A stretch of 64,000 bases of DNA from the human T2T-CHM13v2.0 reference genome, Homo sapiens. The stretch lies in the NCBI RefSeq assembly GCF_009914755.1, contig NC_060940.1. The stretch is one strand, 5' to 3'. The notes beneath the pieces are model-generated. The model was not told the DNA's origin. It did no database searches and saw nothing but the letters and a program-made list of their open reading frames with translations. This document shows positions 47,465-60,928 of this stretch, in pieces. The stretch's first letter is position 1. Every line of letters starts with the position of its first letter. The position numbers and the translations under genes are program-made.

Positions 47465-49122
47465 CTTCTTAAAAATGTGTTTGTTTTTACCTCAAAGACC
47501 TCCATCTAGACTCTCACAGTTCCTTGTTCCGGAAAACACTGGTTGCTTTCCAGGTCTACCAGGCAGCTGCCATTTTGGAATTCACCTCACTTCTTTCTAA
47601 TATTGATTTTTTCATCAGACGCTTCCTTGCTGTTTTATTTTTCCTCAGTAAATTTCCTGATTTTGAAGCAGTAGATTTTTCAATAAGTTCTTGACAGGCG
47701 CACACACCATGTGAAAGGAATGTGTTTTAAGAAGTTTTAATGAAGGTCAATGAGAAGCCACACCTCTGGCAGGATACAGAGGAAGCCCATACGATATTGT
47801 TCCACGGCGAGCACTTGCTGAACTTGAAGAAACGAAAAAGGCTTCTGTAGACATTCAGTCCACACTTCTCATTTGATCATAAAAGGGGAATGGATAAAAA
47901 GGGAGTTAGCCGCAAAGCCAGAATTAAACCGTTATCCTCTGATTAACCAGACAGTGTCTTTCCTCTGGGTTGCACCATCTGGCAGGGGATGTGCATGGTA
48001 ACTTTTGTATCTGATTCAATATTAAGTGATTCCGATTATACTATGCTGTGTACCTTACTACAATTATTGTCATTTTACAGGTAAGAAAATAGGGGAAAGA
48101 GTTGCAGAAATTGATTAACCAGTACAACTAGTAAGTGGCAAGTTGAAACTTAAAAAAAAAAAAAAAAAGAAAAAAACACTCATAAACAGGCATGAGCAAG
48201 AGAGAGGTATCTATGTTTGAATATTCCTGTTCTTAAAATCCCATTTCTATTCATGAACTTAAAAATAATAATTGTTTAGTAACTAAGGCCATCTTTTTAA
48301 ATATTTCATGAGTTTTTCTTTGTTCAAAATTCGTAATGGTAGTAGCAACACTTTGTGTTATTACTGCAGAGCTCCCAAAACTCAGCTTTTTCTAAAGGTT
48401 AGCTAGAAATTTTCAGAAAGGCAAAGCTGATTATATGCCTGCAGGGTGGGCCTGTACAGGAGAATTTTAGAGGTAACTTTCTATTTTTTTTTCTCTTCTC
48501 AAATGAAACAATATTCAAGGTACTTCAAATCCTTAACGTATATTTTTTAAGCCACATTGACATTGAGTTCAACAAAATTTTCTCCACAATTTAAGGTGAA
48601 AAGCATTGTCCCTAAAAGCTGAAACATTGACATAATAGTGGAATTTTCTGAGATAGTTGATACAGTATGAACATTACCCATTGAAATAAAAACATATTAA
48701 TGAGTAGAAATTAACCCACTTCCATTTATTTAACAACTATGTCCTGAATGTCCCCGTAACTGCTACCCTTGTTGGCACTCCATATACATAGATGAGCAAG
48801 TTATCTCCTGTCTTCAAAGAAGGAAATTGTCCAACTACAAAGCAAATGTCTAAGCTAGTAACTTGAATGCTTTTTTGGTTAATATCATATTATATGATAT
48901 AGAACAATCTCTAATATGTACAATTAAGAAATACAAAATTATTGTAAAAATAATTTATGGAATATAGTTTAAGAAATTAAAGAATAATAACGTATGCATT
49001 GCTTTGATTATTTTCTTAGCGTTACATAGGCAATTATTGAGAGAGAGCGTGTTTGTCATATGGATTGAAGAGTTTTTTTAGAAACCCAAGAAGCTTTTGT
49101 AGAAGATGTCACTGGACTTGCT

Positions 49123-49406
49123 TTTTTCTTTTTTTGAGACAGGGTCTCACTCTGTCACCCAGGTTGGTGTGCAGTCGCACCATGCAGCATCGACCTCCCT
49201 GGGCTGAAATGATCCTCCCACCTCAGTCTCCTGAGTAGCTGGGACTACAGGCATATGCCATCATGCCCGGCTAATTTTTTGTGTTTTGAGTAACAACAAA
49301 GTCTCGCTGTGTTGCCCAGGCTGGTTTTGAACTACTGGGCTCTAGCAATCTGCCCCCGTCAGCCTCCCAAAGTGCTGGATTACCGACGTGAGTCATGTAC
49401 CCAGAC
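49123..49406 (-). mobile_element. AluJ-like element
   Basis: Diverged antisense Alu with an internal deletion. Confidence 0.88.
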
Positions 49407-51049
49407 GTATGTTATTATATGAGGAAGAACAGCAAGATTTTCAAGATAAAGAGAACGATAAGGCAGAAATGTGAGAAGTGGTAAGTGTTAGCTGCACTGT
49501 ATTACCAGAGGATGAGGCAAGTCCAGGTGAGCGAGGTGGGAGCTGTAGCCAGGGCAGCATTGACAAGCTTTTTGGCACTCTGTTAAGACCTTGGGTATGC
49601 GTTGCAGAATTGGAAATCGTATACCTAGAAATGGGTACTATCCCCCAGGAAAGAATTTCATTGATTTAAAAGAGTAACAAATTTTCCAGGAAATTCACTT
49701 TATAAGAAATTCTGTACATGATCATTTCTTTTTGGAATTTATTTAAAAATATTGTGTTTATTAGTAGAAACAGAATAATTTGACATCATTTTCAATAATA
49801 CAATGGACCAGATTCCTGAAAAATTAACATTATGGAACCCCTTGAATGTTGAATAAACATAATAAAAGTGCTTTCTATTGCCTAGTTGAACTTAGAAGAA
49901 ATTAAAGAACATCCCCAAAGTCCAAACCATCAGTGGAAACTGAAAAGGAGAGAGGAACATGGGCATGAACACTTACGCTATCCAGGGGGCATTAGTCAAT
50001 TCTGACCAAATGAGCTGATATTTGTACAGCCTCGAGGGAGAAATGGACAAACCATTGAGTTACTAAAGAGCCAAAGTTAGTGAAAAATAAACAAAAATAT
50101 ATCAGTGTGTTTTGTGAGTGTTTGACTCAGGGCTATGGGAATAAAACAACAAAACTGTCCCCTAAGAGTAGACTTCAACCTTTCCATCAATACCTACCTG
50201 TGGGGCAGACATTTATACTGCATGCCACAGAATGTCCTGGAAAAGTATTAGCCTTTCATTATCCACCTGACACAGTAATGAACACCTTAATTACACCATA
50301 TGTTCATGATGCCATGTTATCGTTATTGTTCTAACTTACTTCATCACCACATGGAAGAAAATCTCAGAATAAAAGAAAGAAAAAGAGGAATCAGTCAGGG
50401 ACCATTGAGGCCTGGGGATTGGGTGAGACGCCTCAGCTTTGTTCCTACCAATTGAGTTGATAAGCATAGGTAACATGACAGCCAACTGTATTTTAACAAA
50501 TGACCTGCATACGAGCAAGATAAAAATGAGAACCACCAGCAAATACAGTGGTTTACAAACAAGTTGTGTTTTTATTGCCAGTTCCAATAAAATCTCCTTG
50601 CTAGAGTCTGTAAGTTTGTAAATCTTCAGTCACCCCATCAACACATCTTCAATAAGTGTACCTTAATGCTTTCTAGGACTTTTTGTAGAAATATAAATAG
50701 CCTCTGAGATTTGAATTTTTCATATATCAGTATGTGACTGCAGACAAATGGAAATGTGGGAGGAGAAAGAGTAGGGATACCTGATTTTTCTTGTAAGTAA
50801 ATAGGGAAAGAACATACATAACATTGTGTATGGTGCACATCAATATTCCGTTTCCAGAGAAAGGACAGACTATTTTTTTTCTTTTATGTGTTCTATGAAA
50901 TTAAATAATTCAAACTTAAAGCATTGGAACCTAAATTATTTGAGCCTTGAGAGGAATGTGACTAAGTAGCCTAAGTCACGTAGCATGCAGCTGAAACTTC
51001 TGCTTCTCTGATTATAGATTAACTACCTCCCTTACTCTTGTACTGTAGG

Positions 51050-52073
51050 AAGAGACGTGTGCCTGCCCGCCTCTGCAGACAGAATCAAGGCGCCCATAGA
51101 GGGTGCTCTGGCCTCTCTCCAGAAGCAGGTGCCTCCTGGCTTGTGGCAGCTCCACTCTGATTTCACACAGGTTCCCCTGTGTGCAGGAAGCCTGAGACGT
51201 TAAATCCACATCCAATTTTGGTCAAGATTCCATCAATTCATTTCAGCAAGTTGTAGGAAGCAGAAGTATGTGGGGAATGTGTGGATGGCAAGAGCTGATT
51301 TAGCAAGGCATATACAGATCCCCAGGAAAAGGTGACTCCGCCTTTGAGAGACCACAGGTCCTGCCCTTTGACAGGAGGTGCTGACGCTGTGGCAGCTGTG
51401 GTCCCGGGGCCAGCAGGTCATTGTCTACTACGAGGACCAGTGCTCTGTGGGCCGGCACCACGAGCTGTAGCCAGGAATCTTCTACTGATGGGGGAACAAG
51501 GTGAAGACCGATGCGCTCATCTGCTGCTACCTGGAGACCATGAAGAGCTGCGGCCGCTCGGAGATCCTGGAAAGACCTCATTTTCTACATGTCACTTGTT
51601 AGAGCCGATGGTTCAAGTTCTCAGCCAGATAATGGACGCCAGCTGCCGTTTTTATTCCACTTTCCCCTGGGGCGGGGCCTGGGAAGGCTTGCATTTCTTC
51701 TGTTGTGTAACAGCAGATGTCAGCATTTCTCAGGATGGTTTCAAGACGATTATTTAGTCCATGTTGGAATAGGTTCTTTTTGGGACCAAATTACTCTTTT
51801 TCCGAAATAAAATCGGGTACCTGGTTGCCATGGTGAACAAAATCCAGAAAGACACACTCATCGGCCATACCCACTGGCTACCTCAGCCCCACTACATTGC
51901 TGGATTAGGGTTCGAGAAGGCCCCATGGAAATGGAGGAGGAAATCATGGAACAGCCCTGATTTCCATCAGCCCTGAAACCCTGCAGTCTGTGTCAGGAGC
52001 TCTTCAATGTCATCACCAAATCCATACAGATCATTTAAATAAAGGAAGGTAATTAAAGTAAAAAAATAAAAAC
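51050..52073 (+). pseudogene. Chimeric processed retrocopy containing a PLCXD1-like exon
   Basis: Absent from the 3' LTR; AATAAA at 52038, ATTAAA at 52052, A-rich tail 52060-52072; possible TSD CTGTAGG/CTTTAGG. Confidence 0.85.
51375..51561 (+). pseudogene. PLCXD1: PLCXD1-like single-exon pseudogene fragment
   Basis: Frame from 51375 reads EVLTLWQLWSRGQQVIVYYEDQCSVGRHHEL*PGIFY*WGNKVKTDALICCYLETMKSCGRS, matching recalled PLCXD1 EVPTLRQLWSRGQQVIVSYEDESSLRRHHELWPGVPYWWGNRVKTEALIRYLETMKSCGRP; stops at 51468 and 51486. The symbol names the parent gene only. Confidence 0.88.
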
Positions 52074-52416
52074 CTTTAGGTCTGAGGAAAGATCTAAAGG
52101 CTCAAGAGATAAGACAACCACCACCCCAAATCTATGACCTCTCCTTATGGAATATTAAAGCAATCTACCTTCCTTGGAATGCAGCAAAATGTCACCATCA
52201 CATTGCTGTAAGTTATGTATTTCTTCACATGGAAAATATTGCAACTCTGTTAAAGTTCTCTATCTCTTCCTATATAAGTGAAACATCAACTTCCCCTTGG
52301 GAGCGCTGACTCTTTTCTATCGGAGTTAACCTGAGTGCCTATCCTCAAGCTTTGCCCTTGGATAAACTCTAAACTTAATCGTATTTTCTGAATCTCATTA
52401 TTCAAGGCTGACATTT

Positions 52417-52434
52417 TGGTTACCAAAAAGGGAG
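52417..52434 (+). promoter_or_regulatory. Degenerate primer-binding site, probably tRNA-Arg
   Basis: TGGTTACCAAAAAGGGAG matches 13/18 to recalled TGGCGACCACGAAGGGAC; 4 of the 5 mismatches fall at CpG positions; lies 3 nt after the LTR end. Confidence 0.65.
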
Positions 52435-52911
52435 TCAGAGTGAACCTCCAGTCATCCCCATCATTTCACTGACAACAAGAGCCTTGGTACCATCATGAGT
52501 AATTTTGGTTCATGAGACCTTGCTGGAGTCACCAAGGTTCTCTGGTAAGGCTCCTCTTTAGTTTGAATCTCCAGGCTTGGTTGAGATTCAGACTTTTTCA
52601 AGTAGTACAAATTCCTACTTTGACGGGGTTGGAATAGAAGCGCTACCTGCAAGGTAGAAGTTTCATTTGCTATTCTCTCAATACTTTGCTCATTGTAGAT
52701 TTATGATTTTCACTACTTTGTGAGGCCAAGTTTTTCTTTCTTTGTTTGTTTGTTTCAATTACTCAGAGTTTTTACAATCTTTTCTCTCATTCAAAATTTT
52801 GATCAGGGAGGAAATGATTTCTCTTTAAAAAGAGAAAGATAATCTTTGTGACTTAAGTGAAAAAACTGTAATCTTTTAAACTGGCCAGATTCTGAAGCTA
52901 GGTTCAATTGA

Positions 52912-53252
<341 letters not shown>

Positions 53253-53480
53253 ATAAACATTCTTTATGAGGACAAACTACATCCTGAAGATGAGACATTG
53301 TTCCTCCTGGCTAAAAGACACTATAGCTGACAGAGGTGTTATGGGGGTATTGGAGCTCATAGCTCATGACGTGAAATGGTCTCATAGGAAATCCCTTAAG
53401 CAGAACATACAGAGAACTATGCTTAATCTGAGAGGCACATGTAAATGCTGATCAGCTAGTACCTTAAGAACTCAAGTCCC

Positions 53481-53820
53481 GGCCAGGCGCAGTGACTCAT
53501 GCCTGTAATCCCAGCATTTTGGGATGCCGAGGTGGGCAGATCACCTGAGGTCAGGAGTTCTAGACCAGCCTGGCCAAAATGGTTAGACCACATCTCTAAT
53601 AAAAATACAAAAATTAGCCAGGTGTGATGGCAGGTGCCTTTAATCCCAGCTACTTGGGAGTTTGAGGCAGGAGAATCACTTGAACCCAGGAGGAGAAGGA
53701 GGTTGCAGTGAGCCAGGATCATGGCACTGCACCCCAGCCTGGGCGACTGAGGGAGATTCTGTCTCAAAAAAAAAAACAAAACAAAAAACAAAAAACAAAA
53801 CAAAACAAAACAAAACAAAC
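53481..53820 (+). mobile_element. AluS-like element in the ERV leader
   Basis: Full Alu with (AAAAC)n tail; TSD-like CTCAAGTC. Confidence 0.95.
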
Positions 53821-53979
53821 CTCTCAAGTCTCTTGGGATCACCAAGGCACATAAAAGGGAGGAATCAACTCAAGGGTGACCTTTTTAGGAGCTATTCCCA
53901 CAAGCAGCATACCCAATCCTAAAACCTCCCACTAGGTCTTCTGACAACTCTGTTAAATTTCAAAAGGAAAATCTAAATT

Positions 53980-55317
53980 ATGGCAATCGCACTTCTAAAA
54001 CCAAGTCTTCCTCCTTAAGGAAGAGACTCATTGTTAGAAACATCTGCTGGATTCATGTATAATACTTACGGTGTCTCTTCATGCAAATATTTAGAAAAAT
54101 GGTCTCACATAACTCTCAATGACCTGAAATTGCAATGTCCAAAATGGGGTATCTTTGAAATACCTAAAGTAGTTTATCTGTGTATTCAATTAGAAAATAA
54201 TCTCTAAAATAAAATGAAATACCTGGGAGAGTTATTTTCAGTGGTACTTAGAAGTTTTTAAAAGACATTCTGATAAAATCATTTATTTGCAGAAGGAAAA
54301 CAAAAAATTGACTAAAACAATTTCTGAATTGAAAAAGACTGCTGAAATTTATTTTCCTTCAGCTCCTCCTTCTCTGTATGCCCCACTGACAGAACGTCTT
54401 TCAGGGGACTCACTTCCCATTCCTTCTGCTCCTCCTTCTTCTGTGTTCCAACTCCATTTCAGGAACACCATGTCTGTTAGAGAAAATCCTGCCTTGGTTT
54501 ACTAACCATGGGCCATCATAGAACTTGAAGACATAATTAAAGAATTCTCAGATCCTCTTCAGCACCATATTTGATTTACTAGGAAATATGAATTAAATAT
54601 TTGAATGTATGATCCCAGATTCCCTGATTTATATCAGTGAGTTCACATGTTAGTGTCAGAAAGTAAAGGCAAAGATTGGATTGAAAAGGCAAATTAAAGA
54701 AATGCTTTAGGATGTCAATAAATTTTCTAAAGCAGATCATGAATGGCCCCAACAATCCTGCCAAAACTCTACTAGATGTTTTCCCCTGAGTTTTCTGAAA
54801 AGCAGTTGATCGAAACAAAGTATAACAAAGCCAACAAAATACTGAAGAGCCTGTAATAACATACTATAGAAGATTTTGGGGAAAAAAAGTTTAAACAATA
54901 TTCAGACCTGTCAGAAGAAAGTTATATTTACCACCAAAATGAAACACTGCTTAACTCAAACTTTATAAACATATTAGATGAAGAACTGGCAATTACAATA
55001 AAGAGACAACAACCCTTTTAGGCTGTCTGTCAAACTCATGACCATGTTAACTCTGCCAACCAAATGTCCTGTACCCTAACCAAGGAGGAAAAGGAAAGGA
55101 AAACTAAACATAAATAGAGAGAAAAGGCAAATACGGTCATGAGTTTAAACCTAGAACAATTGTTCAACTAATCTGTATCCCCTAAACAGCCTAGTACATT
55201 TCAGAACCAACCCATTCCCTGGTTTGCAATTACTGCAAAAAGCCTGGATAGTTTTTAAAAGACTGTAGAAAATTAAAATGGAAAGAACAACAAGAGGCCA
55301 AAGAAAAGGAAGAATAG
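53980..55317 (+). pseudogene. ERV gag remnant
   Basis: Two PSAPP motifs (54356, 54422); zinc knuckle CNYCKKPG*FLKDC at 55225-55266; in-frame TAG at 55315. Confidence 0.8.
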
Positions 55318-58288
55318 GAATGTTTCAAGAAAACCAAAGGGACCTGCTGTTTTCTCCTCACTTATACCTTAGTGTAAATTTAAACTATTTTAAATGGAAA
55401 ATGAACAAAACTGTTATTGACACAGGAGCTACCTTAGCAGTGATAAATCCCACCTTATTACAAGGTCTCATTCTTCAGAATCACAAAACAATACAAATGG
55501 TGAGATTAACAAATATTCCTATAACAGCATGTATACCTCAACCTACAATTTTCAGTCAGATCCCCTAGGGGAACACATATTTTACTCTTGGTTCCCTCAG
55601 CCCCTATCCATTTGATAGAGAGACCCTTTTCAGAATTATACAATACCTCATCTCTTTCTCTCAGAAAGGGGAAATGTATTTAGAATTAGAAGACAAAATA
55701 GAATCATTTGGAAAAATTTTTCTTTGAACTCAGATCTTTTTAATTCACAGATTACTATTTATATTGTCATAGAAGTAACTAAAATGTTAAATCATGAAAA
55801 ATTACAAGAACTGTTAAAAATACTATGTGATCATCAGTACCTGATGGAGTTAAAATCCCCCATCAATATTGGGAAAATTATCTCAGCTGTGCCAATTAAA
55901 ATTCAAAGAGATCTAACAGAATCTCTTCTGAACCTTAAAAAATACCCTCTAAGATCAGAGGCCTTGAAAGGGATAAGACCTATATTGTTGAATTATATAA
56001 TAAGAGGCTTGATTATATCTCATACAAGCCCATGTAACACTCCAATCCTCCCTATAAGAAAACCAAAGAGTAGAGGATGTCAGACTTTTATAGGATCTGA
56101 GAAAAATGAATAATATTGTTATTCCTCAGCATCTATGAATACCAGACTCCCATATATTGTTGACTGTCATCCCAACTGTTACTGCAATAGACCTATGTAG
56201 TTCATTCTTTAGCATTCCCATGGGTAAAGATAGTCAATTTCTATTCTCTTGCACCTGGAAAGACAGACAATACCCATGGACAGTCATGCCTCAGGGATGT
56301 ATGAAGAGCCCAACTTATTTTTCATAAATATTAAAGGCAGACTTTTTTGATGTCGTCTTCCCTAAAAAATCCACCTTGATACAGTACATAGATTATTTAC
56401 TCTCTGCTCAGGGACTAAGCAAGCCTCCATAGGTAATAATTTTTTTTTTTTACAGTAATTAGCTTCAAAGGGACACAAAGTCTCAGAAGAAAAACTTTAG
56501 TTCTGTTAAAAAACAGGTGATGTATAGGTCATCTACTATTGAAGGAAGTTCTTTTTATCAATCTGTATAGAATAAAAGGAATATTAGCCTTCCCTAATCC
56601 AAAACTGTTAAACAACTGAGAGAACTTTTAGGGTTGACAGGATGCTACAGAAACTGGATTCCAAATTTCACTTTGAAAGCTCAATATTTATATACTCTTT
56701 TAAAATGAGATAAGCCAGACCACCTGGAATGGACAGAGAAAAATCAGTTAACACGAGAACACATTAAAAGGAGTTTTATAGATGTTCCAGCATTAGGATA
56801 TCCAAATTATAATATTCAGTTTTCATTGTTTACTCATGAAAATCAGGGAAACACCCTAGGAATTCTGACTCAAAAACATGAAAATCAAAATAGATGTGTC
56901 GGATACTGTAGTCAACAACTGGACCTTATGGCTAAAGGATTTCCAACTTGCATGAAAGTAATAACTGCTACTGCCCTGTTAATCAGAGCACAGAGAAATC
57001 AAATAAATAGTGATGAGATGCCCCTGTAGGGTCTTTGTTCCTCATTCTGTGAAAGTGCTTCTAAACTTGTACCACACTCAATGCTATTCACTGACTAGGC
57101 TGGCTTCTTAAAAAGTTCTTCTTCCTTCTTTTCCCCATATTATAATCTCCAGATGTAATAATCTAAATCCTGCCACTCTTCTACCCCTGCCATCAGAAGA
57201 AATGCCACATGATTACATAATTTCTCTTTCCCAGGGCAGACCTACAACCCCTATTTCCCATAAACACTAATGTTTGGTTGACAGATGAATCTTACTTGAA
57301 GTATAAATGTAGAATTCATCATGAAGGTTATGCTATAGTATATTCAATTGAGGAAATAGAAAGTGCTTATCTTCCAGAAGCAATCTTGGCTCAACAAGCA
57401 GAGTTAATAGCATTAATTAGAGCTTGTCAATTGTCAAAAGTAATAACTGCTAATATTTATACAGACAGCTAATATGCTTTTGCAGTAGCTCATGACTTTG
57501 GAATACTACGAAACAAAGAGGACTTTTTGACCTCTTCCAGTCAGTCCATAAAAAAGCGGACACCTTGTTTTACAATTATTGGAAGTCAAATTATTGCCAA
57601 AATCATTACCATTATCAAGATTCCAGGCCATACAAAGTCAAACACTGCAGAAAGCAAGAGAAATCAATTAGTAGATTACATGGTCTAAAGAGCTGCTCTA
57701 AATGTATCTGAACAGGAAAATCAACCCATTTTAGCTTTTAAGAAAACATTTGATTCTAATATAAAATTAGCTCAATCCAAAGCTCCAAAAGCACAACAAG
57801 AAAATTGGGAAAGATAGGGGAACATAATATTCTGAAACTGACGGTGGTATGGACCAAATGGTCTACCCAAAGTTCTAACCAAATTATAGTCATCTTTCTT
57901 AGTATATTTTCCAACTCATTGAAACATAACCCAGGAAAGCTTTCATAGTTTTTAAGGTCCTTTTCTTACAGAAGGCCTTTTCAAAGTATGGCAATTATAT
58001 TTTATTCATCTACCACTATTACAAGGATGCAAATATGTTCTAATGATGGTTTGTATGTTTTCTCATTGAGTGGAAGTATTTTCAAACAGAAAAGCAATAG
58101 CCTTAGCAGCAAGTAAAATTATCTTAGATAAAAAAAGTATTCCAACCTGAGGAGTTCCCCTAGAACTTTATACTGACAGAGGTGCTCATTTCAGTAGGCA
58201 AATAACTCAGTCAGTATGAAAAATACCTATCACTGCCAGTCATCTGAATTAGTGGAATGCACAAACAAAATAATTAAAACTCAATTGA

Positions 58289-58855
<567 letters not shown>

Positions 58856-59349
58856 GAAAACCTCAAATGGCAAAATTAACTGAGGTTTTTAAAATTCCTT
58901 GGCCAAAATATTTTCCATTAGTTTTGCTTAGCCTAAGATTAACTCCCTTCAGTAAGCACCAACTGTCTCCACTTGGAATTGTAACAGGTAGATCTTTGAA
59001 AATGTCTCTAGGAAAATTTTGAATCAATGATATTAAAAGAGAATGTGGTCTTAAAAACAGCTAACTGAAAACTGTAATTTAGAACAAGACTCTACAGTGA
59101 GCTCCTGGACCTCAAGGACCTTGGGATTCAACCAGGAGTCTTTGTCTATTTGAAACAGAATCTTTTAAAGGACTCCCTCCAACCGAGGTAGAAAGGACAT
59201 TATCAGGTGCTTCAAACTAACCCTCGTGCTGCTAAGCTAAAAGTAATTGATTTCTATTTACACATCACCCATTTAAAGAAAGTTACTTTACCAATTTGTG
59301 CTTCATCTCAAACCTGTGATCTACAATGGAAATTCTCCATAACTAGCAA

Positions 59350-60710
59350 AGATGAGAAAAAGACATCTGAGGTAGACAGCTTTTCCAAGACACCACACCG
59401 TTATGTTTTGTTGCTACTATCATCAGCTGTTGCCAATGAAGCAAACCTTTTTTTGCAATGGGCTCAAGACTAATGGATTACAGAAAACCACTTGTTGGGT
59501 ATACAGCCTCATGCCTCTTTCCAGTGAGTCCGGCCTACTGTGGTAGGTATCTCTGTTCCAAGACAAGATTGGGTAGAACACCAGAAATATATCTGTTTCT
59601 CAAGGATAGTCATTGGTGCTTAACACTTATATGACCAAGGATGTTATACATCACTGGCTTAATTATAGTACTTTACAAAGTAAAGGATATAGGGAAAGAT
59701 TTCTGGTAAATGAAACCAATTGTTTAGCCTTAATGATAGCATTGATCAAACTGAGCAATAAGGCCACTCAATTTGAGGAGGATAGAACACAATTTGAGAT
59801 GGTCTTATTTGGTCTACCCTGTCTTTTGGTCTGCTCAGTGAGCTTGCTCCTTCAGATTGGGAACAAAAGAATCACATCAAAGACACATGGCCCGATAGCA
59901 CTAGAATTATGGGAAGGATACCTAAGGGAACAGTGTATCCACACCATTATATTAAAAGTACTGATTGACATGCTATTGTGTGGGAAGAGTGACTGGGTGT
60001 TTAATCACTAGCTCCAAATAAAGCCTATTGGCTATGCAGCACCAGTCTATGGTCATGGCTACCAGGAGGTTATTTAGGACTTTATTTTCTAGGTTATACC
60101 TAGGTACAGGTTCAAATATTTCATACTCTTTTAAAGCACGCCCATTTTCCTTACTAACAATCTTGTCGGGTTCATTCTGTATAATCATTTAGCTTCTATC
60201 TTTCTGCCACAACTGGGTACTACAGATGGCACTTGGCATATAGATGCCCTAAACAATTATAGAAAAAAGCCTGAAACAATACCTCATGGATATCTTGTTA
60301 TTCAACAATAAAGTTTGTCTTATGAGAAAGGCTGCATTACAGACCCATATGGCATTAGACATACTCACTGGAGCCTAAGTGAGAAGCTGGGCTATCATAA
60401 AAGCTGGGTGTTGTGTGTATATCCCAAATGAATAAGACAACATCACTAAATTACTGGCTGACATTAAAACCCAAATAACCAGTCCTTTCTAAACAATTGG
60501 CTAAGCAGCTTGTTTGGATTTTGGGGACCCTGGTAGAAGAAGTTGTTACCTATTCTAGGAATTATAATCATTTGTTGTGTTTCGTTCTGTTTTTGCCTTT
60601 ACTGCTGCTGTGGTATTTGTTTGCAGTGGACCCAATGCAAAACTAAATAAAACAAAATAATTATCAGGCAAAGAATTGCATTAATTGAAGAGATACAGCT
60701 GTGTAGTCTG
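59350..60710 (+). pseudogene. ERV env remnant related to HERV-R(b)/PABL_B env
   Basis: NLFLQWAQD, FLVNET, WEQKNH..DTWPDSTRIMGRIP, APNKAYWLCSTSLWSWLPGGYLG, immunosuppressive-domain-like LQTHMALDILT (60337) and CCVYIP (60409), colinear with recalled ERVPABLB-1 Env; disrupted. Confidence 0.82.
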
Positions 60711-60915
60711 ATTCAGGTCACACAAGCATGTCCTTCAAGTTGCTCTAAATTAGTCTTATACCACATCAGCTTTATAACCTGACAAATTCCTTCTGCTATG
60801 GGATATGACTTTCTAGGAATGAGCCTTCCTAGCGATGTGGGACTAAGCTTCTGAACATAAAAGGAGCCAAAACAGCTTGAATTCATCTATGATGTTTTCT
60901 TTGAAAGATCTTGAT

Positions 60916-60928
60916 GAAAAGGAAGAAA
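60916..60928 (+). promoter_or_regulatory. Polypurine tract
   Basis: GAAAAGGAAGAAA immediately before the 3' LTR. Confidence 0.75.

Larger units (their letters stand above)
50894..52413 (+). mobile_element. 5' LTR, split by a retrocopy (LTR parts 50894-51049 and 52074-52413)
   Basis: Both parts align colinearly with the 3' LTR; ends TGACA; TATATAA at 52271. Confidence 0.92.

Noticed and set aside
48066-48090. TTTTACAG|GTAAG as a splice junction
   Set aside because: It matches a diverged MIR core (attttacagatgagg) and has no supporting exon context.
51468-51488. Two Trp-to-stop changes as APOBEC3 editing
   Set aside because: Only two sites, and G-to-A transitions at TGG are the commonest route to nonsense codons.
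51332-51757. 141-aa ORF as a novel gene
   Set aside because: It has a non-ATG start and is out of frame with the PLCXD1 homology, which itself has two stops; likely a chance ORF in GC-rich sequence.
59613-60011. 132-aa env ORF as a domesticated syncytin/suppressyn-like gene
   Set aside because: It has no ATG or signal peptide, env homology shifts frame within it, and the flanking env has stops, including one right after the immunosuppressive domain.
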